A stretch of 31,538 bases of DNA from Candidatus Merdiplasma sp. (GTDB lineage Bacteria > Bacillota > Clostridia > Lachnospirales > Lachnospiraceae): contig DBFBJF010000049.1 in assembly GCA_048203265.1 (NCBI GenBank), forward strand, positions 1-31,538. The letters are read 5' to 3'. The notes beneath the pieces were generated by a model, which did no database searches, was not told where the DNA came from, and saw only the letters and a list, made by a program, of their open reading frames with translations. Of the stretch, positions 8,828 to 17,541 are shown piece after piece. The first letter of the stretch is position 1. Each line of letters begins with the position of its first letter. The position numbers and the translations under genes are program-made.

Positions 8828-10984
8828 TTAGGATGCCAGCCGTACCCGGCTGCCATCGTCCACTCCTTTGTCGGAACTTATGATCACTTCCTGCTGACTG
8901 CTGATGGCACCTTCCGCCAGGGCCGCATAGCTCTCATTCTGTTCCAGCACCGTCACGGTTACCTTTCTGGCTCTCAGCTCCGTCCCCATGACAGAGTCCA
9001 CCTCATCTATCACCAGAACGTAGGGCATATTTTTTTCATCCAGATAGAGGGCGGAGAGGGGAACGCAGATGGAGTAGGCCTCCGACTTTTTCGTAAACTC
9101 CAGGGTGGCCGCAGCGCCAATCTCCAGTGTATCGGCGGGAAGCTGCACCGTGATCCGGTAAATGCCCTCATTTTCCTCATCCGCGGCTACTGAGGAGACC
9201 GGAAGATCCTCGTATTTCTGACTCCCGGCGCTCCCCGTCAGGGTCACCAAATCTCCCGTGCCGATATACTGCTCCTGATCCTCTGTAATCTCCCCCACAA
9301 AGCTGTATCCCTTGGACAGGTCCGCCAGAAGGATGGCGGTGGTATCTGTGGTTATCCCTCCCGTCTGGATGGAAATTCCCGTCACCAGCCCGTCCGCCGG
9401 GGCAAATACCTTTCCCTCCGCCTCCTGAAGTTTCTCCAGCTTTTCCAGCTGCAGCTCCATCTGCTCGTAGGTGATCTCATTGATGCGGTCCGAACTGTTG
9501 GAGGCATTTGGAATTCCCGCGGACGCAACCGCCCGTCCCGACGTCACAGCCGCCTCATTGGCGGCGATGGAAGCGTCCACATAAGCGTCCTGAGCCGCCT
9601 GCACATTGTCAATCAAGGTCTGCTCTGTCTGGGCATTGCTGGCGGAAGAGGCCGCCAGACGCTCCTGCTGGTACTGGGTCAGGGCTGCCTGGGCCGCCTC
9701 CTTCCCGGCAAGCGCCGTCTCCACCTTCTCTCTCGCCGTATCCAGCTGCGCCTGATAGCTGTCCCGCACGGACTGCTCCAGCTCGTCCAATTCCTCTTGG
9801 GTGGCCGCAGTATCCTGGGGTTTTTCCGTTTCTGCTCCGGTTTCGCCCTCCAGAAGCCCATCTCCCGCTCCCGGAGCGCTGCCCGAACCTCCGTCATCGG
9901 ATGGGGGCGCATCCGGAGTCAGATTGGAGGGATCCTCCTCCAGAAGAATGTCCTGAAACGTTTCCTGCGTCTCTGTGTCCGCTGCGGAACCGCCTGAGTT
10001 TCCCGGAGTTTCCGGGACTTCCTGAGTTTCCGGGCTCTCCAAAACAGGTGGAAAGTTGTCCTGGCCTCCCGCGGTTCCCGTATTTCCCGTGATCTCTGTC
10101 CCTGTATCCTCCAGAAGACTGTCTCCTCCTGCCTCCATCTGGGGTGATGGATTTCCGGAAGGCGTGCCGGCGCTTTGTACCGTTTCCGGAAGGGCAGCAG
10201 CTGTATGGTCTGTCACCGCTTCCTGACAGACCTCTGCCCCGTCCTCCTCCAGCAGCACATCCCCGGACCGGGTCAGAACGGACTGCCGGCCGGCCAGGGA
10301 TGCGCTGGCAGTACCGGAGCCGCCGGCCGCCTGAAGCGCCGTGTAGACCGCATTCTCAATTTTCCACTCCAACGAATCCAACTCCTCCTGGGCATCTATA
10401 TAGTCCTGGGTCTTCTCCTGGAGTGCCTCTTCCAGCGCAGCCTCCACAGAGCTGTCCTCCTGGGTCTGGCCGCTGTTTTTGCGAAATTCCTTTAAGGCTT
10501 TTTGGGCTTCCTGCAGTTCCCGCTTTGCCCGGGAGAGAGCCACTCCGGCCCGGTTTGTATTCAGGGAATAGTTCTCCGCTGCCTGGGCCTGCTCGTTGGC
10601 CTTCTGCTGCTGGCTTACGTCCTTCTGACTTTTTGCGTCCTCCACATTCAGCTGCTGCTTCTCCATCTCCTGCTGCTGATCTAAAATCTTCTCCTCCAGC
10701 ATGGTAAGGTCCAGGGTAAACAGAAGATCCCCTTGGCCCACTCGCTCCCCCTGGCTCACCTCGATAGAGGCCACCCGCAAATTGGGTTCCGTGGTCACCG
10801 CCAATTCCTGGTTCTGCACCACCTTCCCGGTGGTTTTAATCTGATGGGAAATCACCATATTAGAGGGCTTCCCTGTCTCCACCACAGCCGTCCCCTCCTG
10901 GTAGGCAGCTCTGGATAAGATCGTAAAGCAGATCATCAGCGCGAAAAACAGGGCTGTGACCCGCAAAATTCCTTTCCTTTTCAC
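8828..10984 (-). CDS. Membrane-fusion protein (HlyD/RND periplasmic adaptor-like) with long coiled coil and low-complexity insert
   Basis: N-terminal TM; lipoyl half-motifs VASIEVSQGERVGQGDLLFTLD and VFAPADGLVT; C-terminal CVPLSAL...V.DGSRVR. Start set at GTG 10984 (VKRKGIL) behind an AGGGGAG RBS. Confidence 0.85.
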   Translation of the reverse strand: MKRKGILRVTALFFALMICFTILSRAAYQEGTAVVETGKPSNMVISHQIKTTGKVVQNQELAVTTEPNLRVASIEVSQGERVGQGDLLFTLDLTMLEEKILDQQQEMEKQQLNVEDAKSQKDVSQQQKANEQAQAAENYSLNTNRAGVALSRAKRELQEAQKALKEFRKNSGQTQEDSSVEAALEEALQEKTQDYIDAQEELDSLEWKIENAVYTALQAAGGSGTASASLAGRQSVLTRSGDVLLEEDGAEVCQEAVTDHTAAALPETVQSAGTPSGNPSPQMEAGGDSLLEDTGTEITGNTGTAGGQDNFPPVLESPETQEVPETPGNSGGSAADTETQETFQDILLEEDPSNLTPDAPPSDDGGSGSAPGAGDGLLEGETGAETEKPQDTAATQEELDELEQSVRDSYQAQLDTAREKVETALAGKEAAQAALTQYQQERLAASSASNAQTEQTLIDNVQAAQDAYVDASIAANEAAVTSGRAVASAGIPNASNSSDRINEITYEQMELQLEKLEKLQEAEGKVFAPADGLVTGISIQTGGITTDTTAILLADLSKGYSFVGEITEDQEQYIGTGDLVTLTGSAGSQKYEDLPVSSVAADEENEGIYRITVQLPADTLEIGAAATLEFTKKSEAYSICVPLSALYLDEKNMPYVLVIDEVDSVMGTELRARKVTVTVLEQNESYAALAEGAISSQQEVIISSDKGVDDGSRVRLAS

Positions 10985-10998
10985 CTTTTCTCCCCTTC

Positions 10999-11847
10999 CT
11001 ATTCCTTCAGCGCCGCAGCGGCAATTCCCTGCTCCAGATAATCCTGTCCGGAAAAAAACAGCAGCATGGCGGGAATCAGCATCATAATGGCCGCTGCAAA
11101 CCCGGTCCCGGCTTCCTCCAGACCGATCTCCGGCAGAAACAGGGACAGGGGCCACAGAGATTTTGTTTTCAAAAATGTCATGGGCTGCTCAATCATATTC
11201 CAGGCATCCAGAAAATTTAAGATCATGGAGGACATGACCCCCGGAATTCCCAGGGGAAGTCCGATTTTGAGAAAAATCTGAACATGACCCGCCCCATCGA
11301 TGCGGGCCGCCTCCAGCACGGCCTCCGGTATGGCCTCGAAAAACCGGTACATGAGAAACACCGGATAGGTGGAAAAAACGGCCGGGAGTATCACCGCCCA
11401 GTGGGTATCCAGCAGGCCCAGATTATTTAACACCAGATATTCCGGAAACATCAGCACCTGAAAGGGCATCAGCATCAGCACAATGTAGAGCATCAGCACT
11501 GCCCGCTTTCCCGGGAACCGGTACCGGGCGATCCCCCAGGCTGCCGGCACTCCAAAGAGGGCCTGGCCGGCCAGGATCCCCAGAGTAATTTTGATGGAAT
11601 TCCAGAACATGGCAAAAAACTGGGGAGAATCCATCAAAAGCCCCACCAGGGACTGGAGAGTGGGCGACTGGGGGATCAGGCGCCACTGAGCCATGCCATT
11701 GCCGCCGCCCAGCACCGGAGCCAGGTAATCCTCCAGCTCCCACTGGGAGGTAAACACTCCCGTCACCGCAAAGCACACCGGAAACAAAACCAATGCCGCC
11801 AGAATCCCCAGCACCAGCAGAATTCCCAGCCGTCCCAGCTTTGCCAT
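10999..11847 (-). CDS. Carbohydrate (CUT1) ABC transporter permease, MalG-like
   Basis: FWNSIKIT, ARYRFPGK, EAARIDGAG EAA loop, AWN, WPLSL; six TM segments. Confidence 0.92.
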   Translation of the reverse strand: MAKLGRLGILLVLGILAALVLFPVCFAVTGVFTSQWELEDYLAPVLGGGNGMAQWRLIPQSPTLQSLVGLLMDSPQFFAMFWNSIKITLGILAGQALFGVPAAWGIARYRFPGKRAVLMLYIVLMLMPFQVLMFPEYLVLNNLGLLDTHWAVILPAVFSTYPVFLMYRFFEAIPEAVLEAARIDGAGHVQIFLKIGLPLGIPGVMSSMILNFLDAWNMIEQPMTFLKTKSLWPLSLFLPEIGLEEAGTGFAAAIMMLIPAMLLFFSGQDYLEQGIAAAALKE

Positions 11848-11902
11848 GTCTTACGCCTCCTTCTATGTATTCCTCTTCCCAGTTTTCTCTTCTTTCTCGT
11901 CT

Positions 11903-12745
11903 TTACTCCCTGTCCCAGGCCCGCTTCAGCAGCAGGATCAGGGCGAACACCACCGCCGAAGTGAGGACGGAACCCGCCGCGATCTTGTCAAAGGACAGCT
12001 CCCGAAACCAGTTGTTGTACAGATGCTGCAGCAGATACATGCTCTGATGGGGATAATCCCCGGCCACCAGCCAGGCCTCCCGGAACACCTTGAAGGAGTT
12101 GAGAAAAGACAGCACGGAAATGGTATACAGGGAGGGCAGAAGGTTCGGCAGGGTAATCCGGAGAAAACACTGCCACTCTCCGGCCCCGTCCACCCGGGCC
12201 GCCTCGTAGATCTCCGTGGGGATCCCGGCCAGCCCGGCCATCCACAGCACCATATCGTATCCCAGGTTTTTCCAGAGATAGCTGATTACCAGCACCCAGA
12301 AGGCGGCATCCGTGGTCATCCACCCCACCTTTTCTCCGCCTGCTCCCACCAGTATCCCGTTGATGAGCCCGTTGGAGTGGAACAGTACCTTCCACACCAG
12401 CACCACGGAAGCCGCCGGCACCGCCACCGGCAGCAGAAAAGCGCTCTTTAGCAGCCGGCCGCCCACCCGCAGTTTCTGCAGCAGCACTGCCAAAAACAGA
12501 GACAGCACAATCAGCAGCGGAATACAGATCATAGTAAATTTCAAGGTGTTGGTCACCGCCAGACGGAAGGCGGTATTGCCCAACACCTCTCTGTAGTTTT
12601 TCAGCCCCACCCACTGGGAGGTGACGGCGCTCTGGAAAGAGCGCCGTACCACCTCCGCCATGGGAACCAGGGCAAATGCGCACACCCCGGTCAGGTTTGG
12701 CAGGAGAAAGAGCACTCCCGCCATCTGCCCCTTTCTTTTCTTCAT
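11903..12745 (-). CDS. Carbohydrate (CUT1) ABC transporter permease, MalF/UgpA-like
   Basis: WVGLKNY, NGLIN, WKNLGYDM, AGLAGIP, YEAARVDGAG, ITLPNL, SFKVF. Confidence 0.92.
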   Translation of the reverse strand: MKKRKGQMAGVLFLLPNLTGVCAFALVPMAEVVRRSFQSAVTSQWVGLKNYREVLGNTAFRLAVTNTLKFTMICIPLLIVLSLFLAVLLQKLRVGGRLLKSAFLLPVAVPAASVVLVWKVLFHSNGLINGILVGAGGEKVGWMTTDAAFWVLVISYLWKNLGYDMVLWMAGLAGIPTEIYEAARVDGAGEWQCFLRITLPNLLPSLYTISVLSFLNSFKVFREAWLVAGDYPHQSMYLLQHLYNNWFRELSFDKIAAGSVLTSAVVFALILLLKRAWDRE

Positions 12746-12746
12746 A

Positions 12747-15023
12747 TCACTCCGCCAGATATAGGTTTACGGTCTGCATGATGGCGTTCACCGCCTCGTC
12801 CGTGCCGATCTCTCCGGTGAGACACCGGTTCATATTCTCCAGAACCGCATCCTTTGTCACCCGGTCCGTGTCCGCGCAGGTGGTTAGACCATTCACCAGC
12901 TCCCTCAGGGTATTCTGCTCTTCCTGAGTGGGCCAGTAGTAGACCAGCTCCACCATCTCCCCAGTTTCATTGTTGGAAGAGACAGAGCTAAAGCTCCCGT
13001 CCTCGAAAGAGGGCGTGGTCAGAAGGGTCTCAAAGGCCTGGGCATTCACCGGGAAGCCCCCCCTGCTGGATGGCTGTTCCCCCTCCGCGGACAGCAGGTA
13101 AGTCACAAACTCCAGGGCCCGCTCCTGTTCCCTTGCAGTATTCAGGACACTGACGATAGAGGAGGAGGTAAACACACCGCTCTGCTGACCGATAAGACCG
13201 GCCAAGACAGTGTTTTCAGTGATCCGATTGACAGAAGTCACGCTGGAGTACCCCATCATGTCATAGAGACCTCCCACGAACACCCGGCAGCTGCCGTCCA
13301 GCATATTTAAAGCAGCCGCATTCACATCATCCACACCGGTAAGGGAAACCCCCATCTCCCGGAGAGCCGCCAGACGATCCAGCTCCTCCTGAGTGGCGCT
13401 GCCCGTATAAGCGTCATAGGTCTGCTTGACCGCGTTTACAAACTCAGCCAGCTTCTCCTGGCTGATGGTGCCGTCCTCATTCTTCCAGCTTCCGGCGCAC
13501 ACCGGATACAGAGTCTCCGTCAGGCTCAGAGCGCTCCAGGGCATCAGATTTCCCTGAGTTCCGGCGACGGGCGCTAGGTCATTCAGGCCGCCCACGGAGT
13601 CCACCAGCTCCTTCTCCCCCACAATCACGGGAATGGAAAATCGGGTGGGTACGGCGTAGGTGCCGCCCTCTCTGCGGTAGGCATAGGCGATGTTCTCCAG
13701 CAGCCCCTCCGTATCCGCCATGCTCTGAAGCAGCTCCGTCAGATCCATCAGCAGCCCCTGCTCTTCGTAGTTCTCCAGGTTAATTCCGTCCATAATCAGA
13801 ATGTCCGGCCCGTTGCCCGAGAGGATCTCCGTGTTCAGAGTCCGCAGAGCGTCGGAGGCGGTCACTCCCTCCTGGCCGCTCATGCCGATCTGGTAATTTA
13901 CGTAGGTATCCGGATGCTGGTTCTGGAACTGTGTGATGGCCTGGCGCAGGCCGTCATTCTCTTCCAAAGAATATATCGTCAATTCCCGCTCCGGGGTGGC
14001 CGGTATGTCCGGATCGTAATCGTACCGGGCAAGGCTGGTATAACCATTCTCGTCCATATACATGATATAAAAGCTCTGATCCGCCACTGCGAGACTCTGA
14101 AGGGTAATAGAGGGATCTGACAGGGTGGTCAAATCCCCGTCCACCACCTGCTCCACCGCTCCCCCTCCCATGGTGTGGGCAAAGATTCCCTGGTTGGTAC
14201 AGTAGTACAGCCTTCCTTCGCTGTCCTCCGTCATGACAATGGGGTATCCGCTGCTGGTAAGGATTTCATAGCTGGCCCCATTGGCAAACAGGTTTTCCTC
14301 CAGGGCCTCATCCCGCTCCAGAGGTTCCCCGGTGGACGCATCGTAGCGCAGAAGCTGGGAATCGTTGGTAAGCAGCAGAAACTCGTTCTGGCCGCCGGAG
14401 AGCACCGTGCCGCCGCTCTCTGACAGCTGGGCCGTCACCGCTCCCGTGGCCGGATCCAGCAAAACCGCGCCTCCTCCATAGCACACACCCCCCAGAACTC
14501 CTGAGCCGGAAAATTTTAACTGGCTGGGAATCTTGCTGCTATTGCTCTCCAAATCCCCCAGGGACGTGGCCTGCACATTTCCCTGGGCGTCAATGGAGAG
14601 GAAGGTACACTCCATCACATTCCCGCTTTCTCCATTCTCCTCAAAATTTACAGCTGCACCGCTGCCGTTGGCTGCCAGGGCCGCCGCAGAAAAATAGGCG
14701 TTCCCATACTCATCGGGCAGGGCCGCCACCAGCTCCCAGGTATCTCCTTTATCACCGCTGTCCCAGAGCCCTGCCTGGGAGGCCTCCTCCCCGTAGGTGA
14801 TGCCTAAAATGCGCAGGGTGCCGTCCTCCAGGACAGTCATGGCGGAGGGCACCAACCCCTCCGGCAGCTCCAGCTTCGTCTCCACATACCGTCCCATGGC
14901 GGAGCCGTCCACCACCTCAGCTTCCTCCCCCCAGACCGTAGTCAGGGCTGTGGAAACCAGCAGGCAGGCCGCAGCTCCCGCGGCGGTCAGCCCCCGCATC
15001 ATTTGCTTTACATTTCCTCTCAT
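12747..15023 (-). CDS. Large extracellular solute-binding protein (family 1) with N-terminal beta-rich/propeller-like domain
   Basis: Signal peptide; Asp-box SGDKGDTW; then ELTIYS, FQNQHPD, LNTEILSGNGPDIL, GLLMDL, GGTYAVP, ALEFVTYLLS, GFPVN; AAGGAGG RBS. Confidence 0.85.
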   Translation of the reverse strand: MRGNVKQMMRGLTAAGAAACLLVSTALTTVWGEEAEVVDGSAMGRYVETKLELPEGLVPSAMTVLEDGTLRILGITYGEEASQAGLWDSGDKGDTWELVAALPDEYGNAYFSAAALAANGSGAAVNFEENGESGNVMECTFLSIDAQGNVQATSLGDLESNSSKIPSQLKFSGSGVLGGVCYGGGAVLLDPATGAVTAQLSESGGTVLSGGQNEFLLLTNDSQLLRYDASTGEPLERDEALEENLFANGASYEILTSSGYPIVMTEDSEGRLYYCTNQGIFAHTMGGGAVEQVVDGDLTTLSDPSITLQSLAVADQSFYIMYMDENGYTSLARYDYDPDIPATPERELTIYSLEENDGLRQAITQFQNQHPDTYVNYQIGMSGQEGVTASDALRTLNTEILSGNGPDILIMDGINLENYEEQGLLMDLTELLQSMADTEGLLENIAYAYRREGGTYAVPTRFSIPVIVGEKELVDSVGGLNDLAPVAGTQGNLMPWSALSLTETLYPVCAGSWKNEDGTISQEKLAEFVNAVKQTYDAYTGSATQEELDRLAALREMGVSLTGVDDVNAAALNMLDGSCRVFVGGLYDMMGYSSVTSVNRITENTVLAGLIGQQSGVFTSSSIVSVLNTAREQERALEFVTYLLSAEGEQPSSRGGFPVNAQAFETLLTTPSFEDGSFSSVSSNNETGEMVELVYYWPTQEEQNTLRELVNGLTTCADTDRVTKDAVLENMNRCLTGEIGTDEAVNAIMQTVNLYLAE

Positions 15024-15059
15024 GCGAAAACCTCCTTACAATTTGTCATCTGATTTGTG

Positions 15060-15255
15060 GTTACTATTCACAGCCGTTTCAGAATTGACAGCAGGTGCGT
15101 CGTGCTTGCACGTAAGCACATGTTGTCAATTCTGAAACCAGACTGCGAAGCGGCTAAGGAAGTGCTCAGCGTTTCCTTAGCTCCGCCAGGAGCGGGACTG
15201 AAGCCTCGAAGAGGCGACGAGTGCGCATTTGGGCGGGGCGGCTGTGAATAGTAAC
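15060..15255. mobile_element. MITE-like non-autonomous element, 196 bp
   Basis: Perfect 17-bp terminal inverted repeats gttactattcacagccg (15060-15076) and cggctgtgaatagtaac (15239-15255); flanking 8-bp direct repeat gatttgtg/gatttgcg (one mismatch); internal hairpins; no transposase. Confidence 0.8.
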
Positions 15256-15292
15256 GATTTGCGTTTCCCTCTTTTTCCTCCGTTTCCGCTTC

Positions 15293-15346
15293 AGTCTATC
15301 ATCCTTTTCTCTAAAAAATCTCTAACTTGTCTCTACTTTATCTCTA
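15293..15346 (-). promoter_or_regulatory. Promoter of the five-gene transport operon with tandem OmpR/PhoB-type binding repeats
   Basis: Extended -10 TGaTAGACT (15301-15293); tctcta at 15308, 15319, 15330 and 15341 (exact 11-bp period) occupying the -35 region. Confidence 0.7.
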
Positions 15347-15381
15347 AGACTTCCGTTTTATAGATTATTTAGAGATTTCTA

Positions 15382-15390
15382 TGGTAGAAT
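15382..15390 (+). promoter_or_regulatory. Extended -10 of the two-component operon
   Basis: TGgTAGAAT about 30 bp before the ATG at 15420; TAGAGA half-site at 15370-15375. Confidence 0.5.
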
Positions 15391-15419
15391 AACAGTAAAA
15401 TTTTGAGGAAGGTAACGAG

Positions 15420-16124
15420 ATGAGAATATTGCTGATTGAAGACGATCTGTCCCTGTGCCGGTCTCTGGAGCTGTCCCTGAAGCAGCAGGGCTTTGAGGTG
15501 ACTGTGTGCAATGACGGGGAGGAGGGGCTGTTTTGCCTCCAGGAAAACGCCCACGATCTGGTGCTGCTGGACCGGATGCTGCCGGGACTGGACGGCATGG
15601 AACTGCTGCGCCGTGCCAGAGCCCGGGGATGCACGGTTCCCGTCATCTTTCTGACTGCCCTTGGCGGGCTGGATGACCGGATCCAGGGGCTGGATGGCGG
15701 AGCCGATGACTATATCGTAAAACCCTTTGCCTTTGAGGAACTGATGGCCAGAATCCGCTGCATCTGCCGCAGACCCAAGCGCCTGAACCTATCCGCCCGC
15801 CTCTCCTGGGGGGATATCGACTATGATCCCCAGGAGTATCTGCTCACCAGGAAGGACAACGTAGAGTCCGGCTGCACCCTCTCCCGCCGGGAGGGGGATC
15901 TGCTCACCCTGTTTCTGCAAAATCCTGACCGGGTTCTGCCCAGGTCCACCATTCTGATGCGGGTGTGGGGACCGGACGCGGAGGTGGAGAGCGGAAACCT
16001 GGACAATTACATTCACTTCCTGCGGCGCCGTCTGAAATCGGTGGGCAGCAGGCTGGAGCTGAAGACAGTCCGGGGCATTGGCTACCGGCTGACGGATCAG
16101 CCTTATACCGCGCATAATATATAG
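15420..16124 (+). CDS. OmpR/PhoB-family response regulator
   Basis: ILLIEDD, LLDRMLPGLDG, FLTA, GADDYIVKPF; winged helix ending LKTVRGIGY. Confidence 0.95.
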   Translation: MRILLIEDDLSLCRSLELSLKQQGFEVTVCNDGEEGLFCLQENAHDLVLLDRMLPGLDGMELLRRARARGCTVPVIFLTALGGLDDRIQGLDGGADDYIVKPFAFEELMARIRCICRRPKRLNLSARLSWGDIDYDPQEYLLTRKDNVESGCTLSRREGDLLTLFLQNPDRVLPRSTILMRVWGPDAEVESGNLDNYIHFLRRRLKSVGSRLELKTVRGIGYRLTDQPYTAHNI

Positions 16125-16143
16125 AAGCTAAAGGAGCATACCT

Positions 16144-17439
16144 ATGATCAAAACATTGCGGCTTCGCCTCACGGGACTGTGTCTGTCGGTCACCGCCCTG
16201 ATCCTGGCGGTACTCACCCTGGTCTGCCTGTCCATTTCCGAGAGAAATATCCGCAGCCGGGAGGAAGCCTCCTTCTATACCAATCTGGACACCCTTTACC
16301 AGAATTTGCAGATGCAGTCTGCTCTGTCCCACACCTGGCTGCGTCAGGCAGAGTACAGCTATCAGTTTCTGATCCGTCTCACGGACAGCGGGACGCCGCT
16401 GTTTTTCCAGTCCCTCTCCCGGGATGAGGCGGGGGAAGCCCTGCTGGATCTGGCCCAGGAGACTGCCATGAAGGAGTATGACATTGATACCAGCGCAGCC
16501 TCCTCCTCCAGAACTCTTCTCTACCATCAGGAATTTACCATGCAGGACGGAACAGGGCACAGCTATTACGCCTCCGCCGGACTGGTGCCGGTCACCGGAG
16601 GTGTCCTGGGAGTCACCGTGGTTCACCCCCTCTCCTCCAGCGTCAGTCAAATCATGCGCCAGCGGCTGGTCTTTGTGACCGCTGATCTGGCGGCGCTGAT
16701 CCTTCTGGGCACCTTTTTCTGGTTCTTTATCAGGAAAATGCTGCGGCCCATCCAGGAGAACCGCAGAAAGCAGACCCAATTTATCGCGGCGGCCTCCCAT
16801 GAGCTTCGCTCTCCCCTGGCTGTGATCTTGAGCAACGTGGACGCAGTAAAGAGAAAGAGCATGGAGCCGGATGAGCAGTTTCTCAACACGCTGGAGGCGG
16901 AGAGCAGCCGCATGTCCCGCCTGGTCACCGATATGCTGCAGCTGGCCGGAGCGGACAATCACAGCTGGAGTATGAACTTTTCCAGCGTGGAGCTGGATAC
17001 CCTGGTTCTGGAAACCTTTGAATCCTTTGAAGCCCTGGCCCGCTCCAGGAATCTCTCCTGGGAAATCCGGCTGCCGGAGGAAGCCCTTCCCCGCTGCCGG
17101 TGCGACAAAGAGCGTATCCGTCAGCTTCTGTCCATCCTCATCGACAATGCCTTCTGCTACACGCCCGAGGGCGGAAGGGTGTGCCTGTCCCTGGAGGCTG
17201 CCGCCTCCACTCTGCGGATCTGTGTGACGGACAATGGTCCCGGCATTCCCGATGCCCAGAAAGAGCAGGTCTTTGAGCGGTTTTACCGGGCCGATGCCTC
17301 CCGCAGCAGAAAGGAGCACTTCGGTCTGGGTCTGAGCATCGCCCGGGAGATCGTCCGGCTCCACCGGGGGAAGCTGATCCTCTGTGATACTCCGGGAGGA
17401 GGGGCTACCTTCCAAGTTGTACTGCCGGCGGGGGAGTAA
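16144..17439 (+). CDS. Sensor histidine kinase (HisKA + HATPase_c)
   Basis: Two TMs; ASHELRSPL H-box, ILIDNA, DNGPGI, VFERFYR, GLGLSIA. Confidence 0.95.
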   Translation: MIKTLRLRLTGLCLSVTALILAVLTLVCLSISERNIRSREEASFYTNLDTLYQNLQMQSALSHTWLRQAEYSYQFLIRLTDSGTPLFFQSLSRDEAGEALLDLAQETAMKEYDIDTSAASSSRTLLYHQEFTMQDGTGHSYYASAGLVPVTGGVLGVTVVHPLSSSVSQIMRQRLVFVTADLAALILLGTFFWFFIRKMLRPIQENRRKQTQFIAAASHELRSPLAVILSNVDAVKRKSMEPDEQFLNTLEAESSRMSRLVTDMLQLAGADNHSWSMNFSSVELDTLVLETFESFEALARSRNLSWEIRLPEEALPRCRCDKERIRQLLSILIDNAFCYTPEGGRVCLSLEAAASTLRICVTDNGPGIPDAQKEQVFERFYRADASRSRKEHFGLGLSIAREIVRLHRGKLILCDTPGGGATFQVVLPAGE

Positions 17440-17521
17440 AAATCTCGTTTTCGTGCAAATTATGAGTTATAAAAATCTCGTTTTCGTGTTATAATGCTGG
17501 TATAAAAATCTCGTTTTCGTG
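17437..17521 (+). repeat. Three identical 19-bp direct repeats with 33-bp period, overlapping a promoter
   Basis: taaaaatctcgttttcgtg at 17437, 17470 and 17503; 14-bp spacers; extended -10 TGtTATAAT at 17487-17495. Confidence 0.92.
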
Positions 17522-17541
17522 TTTTCGAAGGGGGCCGGCTT

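Noticed and set aside
15057..15251. 64-aa ORFs on the MITE
   Set aside because: They lie within the palindromic element, with no RBS or transposase similarity.
15904..17415. 503-aa minus-strand ORF, and similar long ORFs at 504-1517 and 23913-25046
   Set aside because: Antisense shadows of well-supported genes, expected in GC-rich coding DNA.
17437..17521. Mini CRISPR array
   Set aside because: Repeats are 19 bp and spacers 14 bp, too short; no cas genes; a promoter -10 lies within the array.
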